Shown: piece after piece, positions 43,715 to 52,624 of the stretch
Layout: each line of letters begins with the position of its first letter
How positions within the stretch are numbered: position 1 is the stretch's first letter
Assembly (NCBI GenBank): GCA_033762115.1
Contig: JANRLX010000103.1
Span: forward strand, 18,387-82,386
Direction: 5' to 3'
DNA length: 64,000 nucleotides
From: Verrucomicrobiota bacterium
Lineage (GTDB): Bacteria > Verrucomicrobiota > Verrucomicrobiia > Limisphaerales > SXQI01
Made by a program: the position numbers and the translations under genes
Notes under the pieces: generated by a model
Seen by the model: only the letters and a program-made list of their open reading frames with translations
Databases searched by the model: none
What the model was told of the DNA's origin: nothing

Positions 43715-44370
43715 GAATGGCTTGTTCGTGCACTGTTTCTGCTGTCCCACACCGGTGCTCGCTGTTTGAAACGAAGCATCCTGCAAAAGGCTGGAAGGCC
43801 AATCAGTCCGATGCCGCCCAATTCAAATACCCAGTTCAATTTCACCCCGCCCGGTGAAAATCCAAGGAGCTGGTCCACGTGATGAAAAGAAGAAGCACGA
43901 ATCAACACGAAGATTCCAAGAAAAATCGCTCCTGCCAGTGGAATTTTATTTTCCCGCAAACTATGCCGGGTGAAAAAAAGCAGCGCTCCAAGGGCCAGCA
44001 AGCCGCCCAGGGCCACACCCAAAATAAAAACTCCCTGCAGTATCCGCCGGTACTCGTACCACCCACCCTCTCTTGCCAGGTTGCGAATCGACAGTGTCAG
44101 CCAGGTTTGCAAATCCAGTTGCTTGTTGATTCCCAATGCGAACAGGAGCAGTGCCAGCGAAAGCCAGAAAATCCGGTTTGATCCACCCTCCCTGCTGCCG
44201 TCCGATTTCGATTGGAACCACAGCGCAAGGCAAACAGTGGAGGAAAACAGATACGCAGCAACGGTCAACCAGCCCATGACGCTTGGATCACCGATTCCCG
44301 GCGTCCATCGATCTGCGTCAGTAAATGCAAGCAGTGCATGGTCGGACCATCTCGACACTTTCTCCGACAT
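43711..44370 (-). CDS. Hypothetical polytopic membrane protein, first gene of the kinase/regulator operon
   Basis: Five or six hydrophobic helices (for example 'WLTVAAYLFSSTVCLALWF', 'IFWLSLALLLFALGI', 'VFILGVALGGLLALGALLFF'). No known motif recognised. Confidence 0.55.
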   Translation of the reverse strand: MSEKVSRWSDHALLAFTDADRWTPGIGDPSVMGWLTVAAYLFSSTVCLALWFQSKSDGSREGGSNRIFWLSLALLLFALGINKQLDLQTWLTLSIRNLAREGGWYEYRRILQGVFILGVALGGLLALGALLFFTRHSLRENKIPLAGAIFLGIFVLIRASSFHHVDQLLGFSPGGVKLNWVFELGGIGLIGLPAFCRMLRFKQRAPVWDSRNSARTSHS

Positions 44371-44507
44371 AAAACTCCTCCTGTGACTTCACTCTATCTT
44401 GGATCGCTGTTTCATATCAAGGGGTGGAGCAGTTCTTTATTTTGAATCCTGAAAATGGGATTCGAGTCATTTTATAGGGCAGGTCGCTGGATTTTTATCG
44501 AATGCCT

Positions 44508-44536
44508 TTGACCTGTGGAGCACACCTGAGTAAATC
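44508..44536 (+). promoter_or_regulatory. Candidate promoter of the tol-pal cluster
   Basis: TTGACC (44508-44513), 17 nt spacer, TAAATC (44531-44536), 15 nt before the first possible tolQ start. Confidence 0.3.
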
Positions 44537-44551
44537 CTTTGAATTGCATTC

Positions 44552-45286
44552 ATGAGCATGCCACTCGCTTTCTTCGCCAAAACCGAAACCATGGAACTGC
44601 TGTTCGTGTGGGAAAAGGCGACCCTCGAGGCAAAGGCCATCATCCTGATTCTCGCGGTTTTTTCCATCTTTGCCTGGTCTGTCATGGCCGCCAAGGGAAT
44701 GCAGATGAGCCGAGCCAAAAAGATGAACGCTTTTTTTGATGACGAATTTCGAAATCAAAAGGAAGTCATGTCGATTTACAATCGCCGCATCAACGTGGAT
44801 GGCTGTCCTAATTTTACCGTTTACCAGGCCGGTCTCCAGGAATTGGAAGGGCGGCTCAAGGGCCGGGATGGGAAACCGCGGGAACGGCTTTCCCTCAAGT
44901 CAATGGAACACGTCAAGCGCGCTTTGGAACGGGCCGTGGCACAGGAAGCCTTGAAACTTGAATCCGGGTTGATTCTCCTCGCCATCGCCGTGAGCGGAGG
45001 CCCTTTCCTCGGGTTGCTCGGGACGGTCTGGGGCGTGATGAGCACCTTTAGTTATGTGGCCATGAAAGGAAGCGCTGACTTGCCCACGATGGCTCCCGGC
45101 GTGGCCGCCGCTCTCGTCACCACGGTGGCCGGTCTGCTCGTCGCCATTCCTTCCATGTTCGGCTACAATTACCTTGTCCATACGCTGCGGGTCCTGACTG
45201 TGGGGCTGGACAATTTTGCCCAGGAACTCGCTTCCCGCATCGAAATCGAGTTCCTGAAGGAGGATGATGAAAGCAGCGTCCAGTGA
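44552..45286 (+). CDS. tolQ: MotA/TolQ/ExbB proton-channel protein
   Basis: 'AKAIILILAVFSIFAWSVM', 'LAIAVSGGPFLGLLGTVWGVM', 'APGVAAALVTTVAGLLVAIP'. Context is tolR, a TolA-like gene, tolB and pal. The start may be the internal ATG at 44591. Confidence 0.85.
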   Translation: MSMPLAFFAKTETMELLFVWEKATLEAKAIILILAVFSIFAWSVMAAKGMQMSRAKKMNAFFDDEFRNQKEVMSIYNRRINVDGCPNFTVYQAGLQELEGRLKGRDGKPRERLSLKSMEHVKRALERAVAQEALKLESGLILLAIAVSGGPFLGLLGTVWGVMSTFSYVAMKGSADLPTMAPGVAAALVTTVAGLLVAIPSMFGYNYLVHTLRVLTVGLDNFAQELASRIEIEFLKEDDESSVQ

Positions 45287-45338
45287 TACCCATCATCTCC
45301 AGGCAAGCCTGAACCAATGATGAAATGATCTTGATGAT

Positions 45339-45755
45339 ATGCGCCGCTTTTCCCAAAAAAATTCTCTTGTCACGCTGAATGAGATCAACATCACACCGCT
45401 CCTTGATCTCGCCTTCGTGTTGCTGATCATTTTCGTGATCACCACACCCCTGCTTGAGCAAAGCCTCAAACTCAATCTCCCTTCCGGCGGTTTCGAAGCC
45501 GCCACCAAGATCAGGAAGGAGGATGTGCGCACCGTCGAAGTGAGCCCCGATGGAAATTTCGTCATGGGCGGCAGGCGAATGTCTTTGAACGATGTCGAGG
45601 CCGTCCTCGTCAAAGCGTTCAGCGAAAATCCAAGACTTACAGTGTATATTCGCGCTGACAGCAAGGAAGATTACGGCAATGTGCTGGCCGTGCTCAATCG
45701 TTGCGAAAAAAATAATATCAACCGTGTGGCCTTCGCCACAAAACCGGATAAGTAA
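45339..45755 (+). CDS. tolR: ExbD/TolR biopolymer transport protein
   Basis: 'INITPLLDLAFVLLIIFVITTP', 'VYIRADSKEDYGNVLAVLNRCEKNNINRVAF'. Confidence 0.9.
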   Translation: MRRFSQKNSLVTLNEINITPLLDLAFVLLIIFVITTPLLEQSLKLNLPSGGFEAATKIRKEDVRTVEVSPDGNFVMGGRRMSLNDVEAVLVKAFSENPRLTVYIRADSKEDYGNVLAVLNRCEKNNINRVAFATKPDK

Positions 45756-45757
45756 CA

Positions 45758-46819
45758 GTGGACCGGCTGCATAAAAAATGTCTGTTCGCCTCGGCAGCCA
45801 TGCATCTGCTGCTCGGGTTGACCGTTTTTATCGGCGCTGCCTTTGTCATTCCCTCAAGGAACCAGGAATCTCTCCCGCTCCTGGACATGATCCCCGCTCA
45901 TCTTGTCGATGCCGCAATCTCCGGTGGCGGCGGAAATCCGGAGGTGACCGAACCGCCAGCCGCACCTCAGGCTTCCCAATCTAAATCGCAGGAAATTTTT
46001 CCCGCCCCGGAGCCCCTCCCGGTTCAACCAGTCGCGCCGCCAGCCCAGAAAAAAGAACCGGAACCGGTCAAAATTCCGGAGCCCGAACCAGTGAAACCGC
46101 CAAAAAATTCCACCCGGGAAAAACCGCCTGAACTCGAACCGATCAAGGACCGAAAAGCCACACCTGACCCTGATCCGGAATCAATTAAACGCCCGGTCAC
46201 CACCAGCAAGGCTGCTGAAAAAAGAGCCCCTTCAGACTCGAAAAAGGCTGCGCCACGGGAGGCGAAAGTGGCCGATGCCTCAGAAAAGCGGACTGAGAAA
46301 CCCAGGGTCCAGGTGAATACCACCGCAGTCAAACGGAACAACAACGCTGCCATCGAAGCCGCCAAAGCCAAAGCGGAGGCTGAGGCCAGAGCCCATGCCG
46401 ATGCCGTAGCCAGGGCCCAGGCCGCCCGAGACCAGCGGGTGGCTGCCTTGCGCTCCGGCGTCCAGAATATCAAAGGTGGGCTTTCCTCCGGTACCAGTGT
46501 CGAAATGCCCGGCCCGGGTGGAGAAGCATATGCGAACTATGGACAAGTGATTGGGTCTATTTACACAAAAGCATGGATCGCCCCTGAAACCGCAGCGGAG
46601 GACAGCTCCACTGTCAGGGCCCAGGTGGTCGTTTCCCGCGACGGCAAAGTGGTCAGCACAAAAGTGCTTTCCAGGTCAGGAAACGCCGCGCTGGATAAAT
46701 CCGTGCAGGCCGTGCTGAACCGGATCAGGCAACTGCCACCTTTTCCCGCCGGGGCCACGGAACCGGAGCGGACTTTCTTTATTAATTTTAACCTGAAATC
46801 TAAAACACATATCGGATGA
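45758..46819 (+). CDS. TolA/TonB-family energy transducer (TM anchor, Pro/Lys/Glu-rich and Ala-rich spacer, TonB_C domain)
   Basis: 'LFASAAMHLLLGLTVFIGAAFV', 'EPEPVKIPEPEPVKPP', 'AKAKAEAEARAHADAVARAQAA'. C-terminal 'VRAQVVVSRDGKVVSTKVLSRSGNAALDKSVQAVL'. Confidence 0.8.
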   Translation: MDRLHKKCLFASAAMHLLLGLTVFIGAAFVIPSRNQESLPLLDMIPAHLVDAAISGGGGNPEVTEPPAAPQASQSKSQEIFPAPEPLPVQPVAPPAQKKEPEPVKIPEPEPVKPPKNSTREKPPELEPIKDRKATPDPDPESIKRPVTTSKAAEKRAPSDSKKAAPREAKVADASEKRTEKPRVQVNTTAVKRNNNAAIEAAKAKAEAEARAHADAVARAQAARDQRVAALRSGVQNIKGGLSSGTSVEMPGPGGEAYANYGQVIGSIYTKAWIAPETAAEDSSTVRAQVVVSRDGKVVSTKVLSRSGNAALDKSVQAVLNRIRQLPPFPAGATEPERTFFINFNLKSKTHIG

Positions 46820-47985
46820 GGCGTTTACATTTTATCTTGCTGGCTGGATTTTCCCTGTTTGTTGCGGCCCTGCCGCTTCGCAGCGCTGAAACCATTGACG
46901 TCACCACCATCGCTCCCGGCGAAGAAGCGCGGCTCCTGCCCATTGCCTTCTCCGGCTTTAACGGGGAAGCCGCCAGGGTCATCCGTTTTGACCTTGAAAT
47001 CGCCGGATTCAGGATAGTCCCTGAAGACCAGGCGCAATACATCATTACCGGCCGCAGCAGCGACCCTGTCGAAGGCTCCGTCACCGACCGCTTCAGCAAA
47101 TCAGTTCTCTTTTCCAGACGCTACTCCGGCAGTTCCATCCGCTCACAAGCGCATGCTTTCAGTGATGATGTCGTGGCTGCCATCCTGAAAACCCCCGGAA
47201 TTTCCCGCACAAAAATCGTTTTTAAAAACGACACCGGCAGGAACAGCGAATTGATGGTTGCCGATTACGATGGCCACAACGCGGTGCAGGTCACGCAGGA
47301 CAACAGTATCGTCGCCGCTCCCACCTGGGTCCCGGGAAAGCGCACTCTTTTTTATACCTCCTATAAATCCAGCTATCCTGACATTTATTCCCACGACCTG
47401 AATACCGGTGAGCGCCGCGTGATCGCCCGTTACCCCGGCTTGAACACAAGCCCCGCTGTTTCACCGGATGGTCGCAAGGTCGCGATGATCCTCAGCAAGG
47501 ATGGAAGCCCCGATCTTTACGTCTCCAACATCGATGGCAGCGAGTTGTTGCAACTCACCAGGACTCGCGAGGATGAATCCGCCCCCTGCTGGTCGCCCGA
47601 CGGGAAAACAATCTGCGTCGTTTCCCGCATCAATGAAAAACGTGGACTTTATGTCGTTCCAGCCACTGGTGGAAAGCTTACCCGCTTGAGCACTGCCGGA
47701 ATTCTGAACCCCACAGAACCGGAATGGTCTCCCGATGGAAAGAAAATCGTGTTCACTTCACAGATGGGTGGATTCAACATCTGCACGATTCCTGCTCAGG
47801 GAGGACAGGCGGAAATACTCGCCGCTGGTGAAGACCCAAGCTGGGCGCCTAATTCCCGCACCGTGGTCTTTACCCGCAGAATCAAGAACAAACGTGTCCT
47901 GTCTTTGCTTGACGTGCATAGCAAACGTGTAAAAGATATTGCCCAGATTTCGGGAAGCTGTTCGCAACCCAGTTGGGCAAAGTGA
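46816..47985 (+). CDS. tolB: TolB-like periplasmic beta-propeller protein
   Basis: PD40 repeats 'AAPTWVPGKRTLFYTS', 'NTSPAVSPDGRKVAMILSKDGSPDLY', 'ESAPCWSPDGKTICVVS', 'EPEWSPDGKKIVFTS'. ATGA overlap with the upstream gene. Confidence 0.9.
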   Translation: MRRLHFILLAGFSLFVAALPLRSAETIDVTTIAPGEEARLLPIAFSGFNGEAARVIRFDLEIAGFRIVPEDQAQYIITGRSSDPVEGSVTDRFSKSVLFSRRYSGSSIRSQAHAFSDDVVAAILKTPGISRTKIVFKNDTGRNSELMVADYDGHNAVQVTQDNSIVAAPTWVPGKRTLFYTSYKSSYPDIYSHDLNTGERRVIARYPGLNTSPAVSPDGRKVAMILSKDGSPDLYVSNIDGSELLQLTRTREDESAPCWSPDGKTICVVSRINEKRGLYVVPATGGKLTRLSTAGILNPTEPEWSPDGKKIVFTSQMGGFNICTIPAQGGQAEILAAGEDPSWAPNSRTVVFTRRIKNKRVLSLLDVHSKRVKDIAQISGSCSQPSWAK

Positions 47986-48017
47986 ACCATTACCTCTCCT
48001 TATTGAGTGACATTTAA

Positions 48018-48647
48018 ATGAAAAAGTCGAATTTCCTGTCTGTTTTAACGATAGCGTTGTTGCTCGCCTCTGGAGCAGTCGGTTGTAAAAAAGCACCCAA
48101 AAACGTCACCCCGATTCAGGGAACCAGATCCAATGTCCCAGGGGGCAACACAACCCTGGGAAACCCCACTGACATCTCTCCTGGATCCACTCTTCCCACC
48201 GATAACACCCGCACCACTCCTGTTTTTGACCCCAATGATCCTTCCCGGACCGGTGTCCCGGTCGGCAGCCGCCCCGGCGAAAACATGACAGAAGATGCCC
48301 AGCGCCTGAAGGCAGAGACCGTTTATTTTGATTTCGATAAATCAGCCGTTCGCCAGAGCGAAGCTTCCAAAGTTGAGGCAGTCGCCACCTTCCTGAAAAA
48401 TGAGCCAACCGCGATGGTCCGCGTGGAAGGTAATTGCGATGAACGCGGGACCGAGGAGTATAACCGTTCTCTCGGAGAACGCCGTTCCCTCGCGGTCCAG
48501 CAATTCCTCGTCAATCTCGGCATCGCTCCTGAGCGAATCACAACCGTCAGCTACGGTGAAGACCGTCCCGCTGAAATGGGACAGGATGAAGCCGCCTACG
48601 CCAAAAATCGCCGCGTCGATTTCGTGGTGCTGACTCCAAAACAGTAA
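48018..48647 (+). CDS. pal: Peptidoglycan-associated lipoprotein (OmpA-family)
   Basis: Lipobox 'LLASGAVGC'. 'VYFDFDKSAVR', 'VRVEGNCDERGTEEYNRSLGERRS', 'NRRVDFVV'. Confidence 0.9.
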   Translation: MKKSNFLSVLTIALLLASGAVGCKKAPKNVTPIQGTRSNVPGGNTTLGNPTDISPGSTLPTDNTRTTPVFDPNDPSRTGVPVGSRPGENMTEDAQRLKAETVYFDFDKSAVRQSEASKVEAVATFLKNEPTAMVRVEGNCDERGTEEYNRSLGERRSLAVQQFLVNLGIAPERITTVSYGEDRPAEMGQDEAAYAKNRRVDFVVLTPKQ

Positions 48648-48673
48648 CCTGATCTCCTCAATTTCAGATTTGC

Positions 48674-48700
48674 AAAGGACCTGTCTCCAGGTCCTTTTTG
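48674..48700 (+). terminator. Strong rho-independent terminator after pal
   Basis: AAAGGACCTG (48674-48683), loop TCTC, CAGGTCCTTT (48688-48697), running into TTTTTG. Confidence 0.8.
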
Positions 48701-48741
48701 CTTTCCTCCATGCCCCGGTTCTGGAATTCTCCTTTCATCCA

Positions 48742-49452
48742 ATGAAAACTTTCCTGGCATTCGCTCTTTCTGTCGCGCTCCTTCCCTTGCAGGCGGTCGC
48801 CGCTGAAAGCAAACCCACCGTTGAATCGGTCCTGAGCAAATATGTCACCGCCGTTGGGGGCAAAGCTGCAGTGGAAAAAATCACTTCCCTCGCCATGGAA
48901 GGCACAATGGAAATTTTTGGCACCACTGGTGAGTTCCGCACCTTTCAAAAAGCGAACAAGGCCGCCTGGACTTTCGTGGGGCAGGACGGGACCCATTCCC
49001 ATCACTTTGACGGTGAAAAAGGATGGAAGAAAAATCCTCTCGGCGTGCAGGAACTCACCCCACAGGAACTCCGCGGCATGAAGCAGATGGCCGAACTCCA
49101 TCTTGAGACGCATCTCACGAAGGTTTTTCCAAACCTGCAGTTCAAGGGAACAGAAACGATCAACGGCGAAGAGGCCCATATCCTCGAGAGCAACCCCTCG
49201 GCGGAAATTTCCGATCGCCTCGCTTTCAGCGTGAAGACCGGGCTGTTGGTCGAGCAATCCTCACGAGATGGCTCCCTCAAAACCAAGTTCCAGTTTCAGG
49301 ATTTCAAAACCGTGGATGGAGTTCAGCGCCCTCACAGCATGACTCAGACCCTGGAATCTCCCGAGGGAACCCTCGACCTGGTTTTCAAGTGGAAGTCGAT
49401 CCAATCCAACAAGGAACTGAAGGACGAACTTTTTGCCCGTCCCCAGGGCTGA
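48742..49452 (+). CDS. Hypothetical secreted protein
   Basis: Signal peptide 'MKTFLAFALSVALLPLQAVAAE'. The rest is beta-rich with no family recognised. Start moved to ATG 48742 because the track start (48670) lies inside the pal terminator. Confidence 0.6.
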   Translation: MKTFLAFALSVALLPLQAVAAESKPTVESVLSKYVTAVGGKAAVEKITSLAMEGTMEIFGTTGEFRTFQKANKAAWTFVGQDGTHSHHFDGEKGWKKNPLGVQELTPQELRGMKQMAELHLETHLTKVFPNLQFKGTETINGEEAHILESNPSAEISDRLAFSVKTGLLVEQSSRDGSLKTKFQFQDFKTVDGVQRPHSMTQTLESPEGTLDLVFKWKSIQSNKELKDELFARPQG

Positions 49453-49517
49453 CCGTTGCACAGCTGCAATCCCTTCCCCCGGGTTCCGATTTCCAAAAAA
49501 AAGGGGTGGCAAAGCGT

Positions 49518-49545
49518 TTGACAGAAGGAGGTTCGCTGCTATCCT
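49518..49545 (+). promoter_or_regulatory. Candidate promoter of rpmH-rnpA-yidD-yidC
   Basis: TTGACA (49518-49523), 16 nt spacer, TATCCT (49540-49545), about 85 nt upstream of rpmH. Confidence 0.3.
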
Positions 49546-49629
49546 CCCCCACTCCGTTGATGACGGGCGTAACCGCTTTGACTTTTTAGCGGGGCAGTTG
49601 GACGCCGGGTTGCATCAGGAAAAGATTTT

Positions 49630-49767
49630 ATGAAACGTCAATATCAGCCGTCTAAAATTCGACGAAAACGGCAACATGGGTTTTTGAACCGCAATTCGAA
49701 CAAGAGCGGAAAAGCGATTCTTGCAAATCGCCGCCGCGTCGGTCGCAAGCGCTTGACCCCGGTCTGA
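49630..49767 (+). CDS. rpmH: 50S ribosomal protein L34 (45 aa, below ORF-track cut-off)
   Basis: Hand translation gives [45 protein letters not shown]. Canonical position before rnpA. Confidence 0.95.
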   Translation: MKRQYQPSKIRRKRQHGFLNRNSNKSGKAILANRRRVGRKRLTPV

Positions 49768-49771
49768 TTTC

Positions 49772-50137
49772 ATGGCATCGCAGGAGAAACTCACCTTTCC
49801 CGAGTCTCTCCGCCTGAAAATGTCCCATGAGTTCAAGGAGGTCCGCGAAACAGGGAAGCGAAAAATCAAAGGTTGCCTGATCCTGAACTGGAAAGTACTG
49901 CCGGAGGGAGGCGAGTCCCGCCTTGGCGTCATTACCACAAAAAAACTTGGAAAAGCCCATGACCGTTCACGGGCCAGGCGGCTAATGCGCGAGACATTCA
50001 GGCTCCAGCAACATCGTTTGAAAGCTTCGATTCTGGTGTTGATTGCTCGAAACTCGATTTTATCAAAATCGCAGCCGGAGGTGGAAAAGGATTTTTTGCT
50101 GCTGGCAAGGGAGGCCGGGATATTAAAGACGGAATAA
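49772..50137 (+). CDS. rnpA: Ribonuclease P protein component
   Basis: 'RLKMSHEFKEVRETGKR', 'RLGVITTKKLGKAHDRSRARRLMRE'. Position between rpmH and yidD. Confidence 0.9.
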   Translation: MASQEKLTFPESLRLKMSHEFKEVRETGKRKIKGCLILNWKVLPEGGESRLGVITTKKLGKAHDRSRARRLMRETFRLQQHRLKASILVLIARNSILSKSQPEVEKDFLLLAREAGILKTE

Positions 50138-50163
50138 AACAACTTCTGCTGGCCCTGATCACT

Positions 50164-50403
50164 GTGTATCGGGTCTTTTTGTCACCCCTGAAAAATCTCC
50201 TTCTGGGTGGCGGTGGCTGTTGCCGTTTTACCCCCAGTTGCTCCTGCTACGCCCATCAGGCAATCAGCCAGGCTGGTGTCGTTAAAGGTCTTTGGCTTGC
50301 GGTGAAACGTTTGAGCAGGTGCCATCCCTGGGGTGGATTTGGGTACGACCCCGCGCCCGGCCCAGTTTCTCAACCTTCGGTCGGCAAGACCGTTCAGAAT
50401 TAA
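50164..50403 (+). CDS. yidD: Membrane protein insertion efficiency factor YidD (true start probably upstream at a non-canonical codon)
   Basis: 'YRVFLSPL....CRFTPSCSCYAHQAI...G..KG.WLAVKRLSRCHPWGGFGYDP'. The conserved 'LLLALITVY' lies in frame upstream of the GTG at 50164. Confidence 0.85.
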   Translation: MYRVFLSPLKNLLLGGGGCCRFTPSCSCYAHQAISQAGVVKGLWLAVKRLSRCHPWGGFGYDPAPGPVSQPSVGKTVQN

Positions 50404-50407
50404 CTTC

Positions 50408-52153
50408 ATGGATCGCACCGCCAAAATTGTTCTCGCAGTTTCCTTCCTTCTGTTGATGGCTTGGTACCCTCTCGTCAACAAGCTTTACCCACCCAAGCCC
50501 ATCCCGCTGACGAACACTCTCTCGAATGCCTCCATCTCAAATGCAATTCCCTCCGGGACAAATCGTGTCGGAACCAACCAGGTCGCCCTGAACGCCCTTC
50601 CCTCGGAATTGCGTCCTCCTGCCGAGGAACAACTCCTCACCATCGAAAATGAAAACGCCCGTTACCATTTCTCCTCCCACGGCGGTGGATTGAAACTGGT
50701 GGAGCTTAAAAAATATCAGGCCAACGTCGGCTGCGACGCGGAAAAAATCGGAACCACCAATCTCGCCAGCCTGAACACCAAGGCCCCGCTCGCCGCCCTC
50801 ACCCTCCTCGGGGTGGGGAATGGAAATTATACCCTCACCCGAACCGGTGACCTCGTCCGCGCCGAAGTGGCGTTGTCGAATAATGTCCGGCTGATCAAGG
50901 AATACCAGCTTTCCACCAATTACATGGTCAAAACCACCATGCGCTGGGAAAACCATTCTTCAGAAGCGGTCACCCTTCCACTCCGCGAGGTCATTGTCGG
51001 CACCGCGACCCCTGCCGGGTCACATGATGAAAGCCTGTTGCTCGGGCTTGAATGGTTCAATGGGGAAAAGGCCGAACGAATCAAGGAAACCTGGTTCGCC
51101 AACAAAACTTTCGGCTGCTTGCCCGGCCAGCCGCGCACCGAATATATCGGCGGCCAAAGCAATGTGGTCTGGGGCACAGCGCACAACCAGTTTTTTGCGA
51201 TGGTCGCGGTTCCCGCCACGCCTGCCAATCAGGTGATCGGGCGCAGGATCGATCTCCCGGCCCCAACAAAAACAGAATTAGCCAACGACCCACAGACATT
51301 TGCCAAACCGTTCGGTTACCAGGTCTCTCTTCAATTTGTCCCGGTGACCATCCCCGCTGGTTCCGGTTACGTCGAACAGATCGACCTTTTCGCGGGGCCC
51401 AAGGAATACAAAACATTGACCCGCCTCCCTCGCGAAATGGACCGGGTGATGGGGTTCGATGGCTTCTTTGGTTCCTTTGCCAAGGGCCTGCTTCTCTCGA
51501 TGAACGGCCTGCATGGCATGGGACTCTCCTATGCGATGGCAATCATCACCATCACCGTGATTATCAAATTGCTTTTCTGGCCCCTGACCAATGCCAGCAC
51601 CAAATCAATGAAACGGATGGCCGCATTGCAGCCACAGATGAAAGCATTGCAGGACAAGTACAAGGACGATCCGGCGAAAATGAACCGGAAACTGATGGAA
51701 TTCATGAAGGAACACAAGGTCAGCCCTGTTGGCGGCTGCATCCCCATCCTCCTGCAAATTCCCGTCTTCTTTGGGTTCTACACCATGTTGCAAAGTGCGA
51801 TTGAACTGCGCGGGGCCGAGTTTCTCTGGGCTTGTGACCTCTCCAAACCGGACACGATCTTTTTTATTCCCGGCTTGAATTTGCCCATCAACCCGCTCCC
51901 CATCCTTATGGCCGGGACCATGTTCTGGCAATCCAGCCTCACCCCGCCCTCCCCTGGTATGGACCCCATGCAGCAGAAGATGATGAAATACCTGCCGCTC
52001 ATGTTCGTTTTCTTTTTCTATAACGCCTCCGCAGGGTTAGCGCTTTACTGGACTGTCCAAAATCTGATATCCATCCTGCAAATGAAGGTTACCAAGGCGC
52101 AGGATCCAACCCTCAAACCGGGCGCTGCTCCAGCCGCCCCAGTCAAACGATAA
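50408..52153 (+). CDS. yidC: Membrane protein insertase YidC
   Basis: N-terminal TM, large periplasmic domain, and C-terminal core 'GLSYAMAIITITVIIKLLFWPLT.AS.KSM.RM..LQP.M..LQ.KYKDDP.K', 'GCIPILLQIPVFFGFY', 'AGLALYWTVQN'. Start set at ATG 50408. Confidence 0.95.
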   Translation: MDRTAKIVLAVSFLLLMAWYPLVNKLYPPKPIPLTNTLSNASISNAIPSGTNRVGTNQVALNALPSELRPPAEEQLLTIENENARYHFSSHGGGLKLVELKKYQANVGCDAEKIGTTNLASLNTKAPLAALTLLGVGNGNYTLTRTGDLVRAEVALSNNVRLIKEYQLSTNYMVKTTMRWENHSSEAVTLPLREVIVGTATPAGSHDESLLLGLEWFNGEKAERIKETWFANKTFGCLPGQPRTEYIGGQSNVVWGTAHNQFFAMVAVPATPANQVIGRRIDLPAPTKTELANDPQTFAKPFGYQVSLQFVPVTIPAGSGYVEQIDLFAGPKEYKTLTRLPREMDRVMGFDGFFGSFAKGLLLSMNGLHGMGLSYAMAIITITVIIKLLFWPLTNASTKSMKRMAALQPQMKALQDKYKDDPAKMNRKLMEFMKEHKVSPVGGCIPILLQIPVFFGFYTMLQSAIELRGAEFLWACDLSKPDTIFFIPGLNLPINPLPILMAGTMFWQSSLTPPSPGMDPMQQKMMKYLPLMFVFFFYNASAGLALYWTVQNLISILQMKVTKAQDPTLKPGAAPAAPVKR

Positions 52154-52166
52154 CGGCTCCCTTTTT

Positions 52167-52619
52167 ATGCCTGCAGATCCCAAAACGACTCTCGAAACGT
52201 TACTCAGTCACCTCGGTTTTCAAGTCACCGTTTCCCAGCAAACCATGGATGACGGTATTTTATTGGAAGTGCAGACCGATGATCCCGGTCGATTGATCGG
52301 ACGCCAGGGGCAGACCCTCAGCGAAATCCAGTACATCACCAACCGCATTCTTTTCCGCCAGGACACCTCCACCCCAAAGGTCACCGTGGATGTGGGCAAT
52401 TACCGCAGCCAGGCCCGCGAAGCCCTCGTCAAGAAAGCGAAGGACGCCGCCGAAAAAGTCCGCCGCTGGGGTGACATCGTTGAACTCGAACCGTTGAATG
52501 CTTTTGATCGGCGCATCATCCACAACGCGTTGAAGGATGACCCCCATATCGAGACCCATTCCGTGGAAGTCGAGGGGACCGATAAGAAAGCTGTCCTGCT
52601 CCGCCCCAAAAATCCATAA
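52167..52619 (+). CDS. jag: Jag/KhpB-type RNA-binding protein (KH + R3H, no Jag_N)
   Basis: KH 'GRLIGRQGQTLSEIQYI'. R3H 'LEPLNAFDRRIIHNALKDDPHIETHSVE'. Confidence 0.85.
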   Translation: MPADPKTTLETLLSHLGFQVTVSQQTMDDGILLEVQTDDPGRLIGRQGQTLSEIQYITNRILFRQDTSTPKVTVDVGNYRSQAREALVKKAKDAAEKVRRWGDIVELEPLNAFDRRIIHNALKDDPHIETHSVEVEGTDKKAVLLRPKNP

Positions 52620-52624
52620 TCCAT

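Noticed and set aside
45950-46450. Repetitive-looking DNA (EPEPVK.., KAKAEAEARA..) that could be mistaken for a tandem repeat or array
   Set aside because: It lies inside the TolA/TonB-like ORF and encodes the usual Pro/Glu/Lys and Ala-rich spacer. It has no regular repeat-spacer structure, so it is not a CRISPR array.
49453-49629. Possible oriC/DnaA-box cluster upstream of rpmH
   Set aside because: No TTATCCACA-like boxes are visible, dnaA is not adjacent (the upstream neighbour is the tol-pal cluster), and the spacer is only 177 nt.
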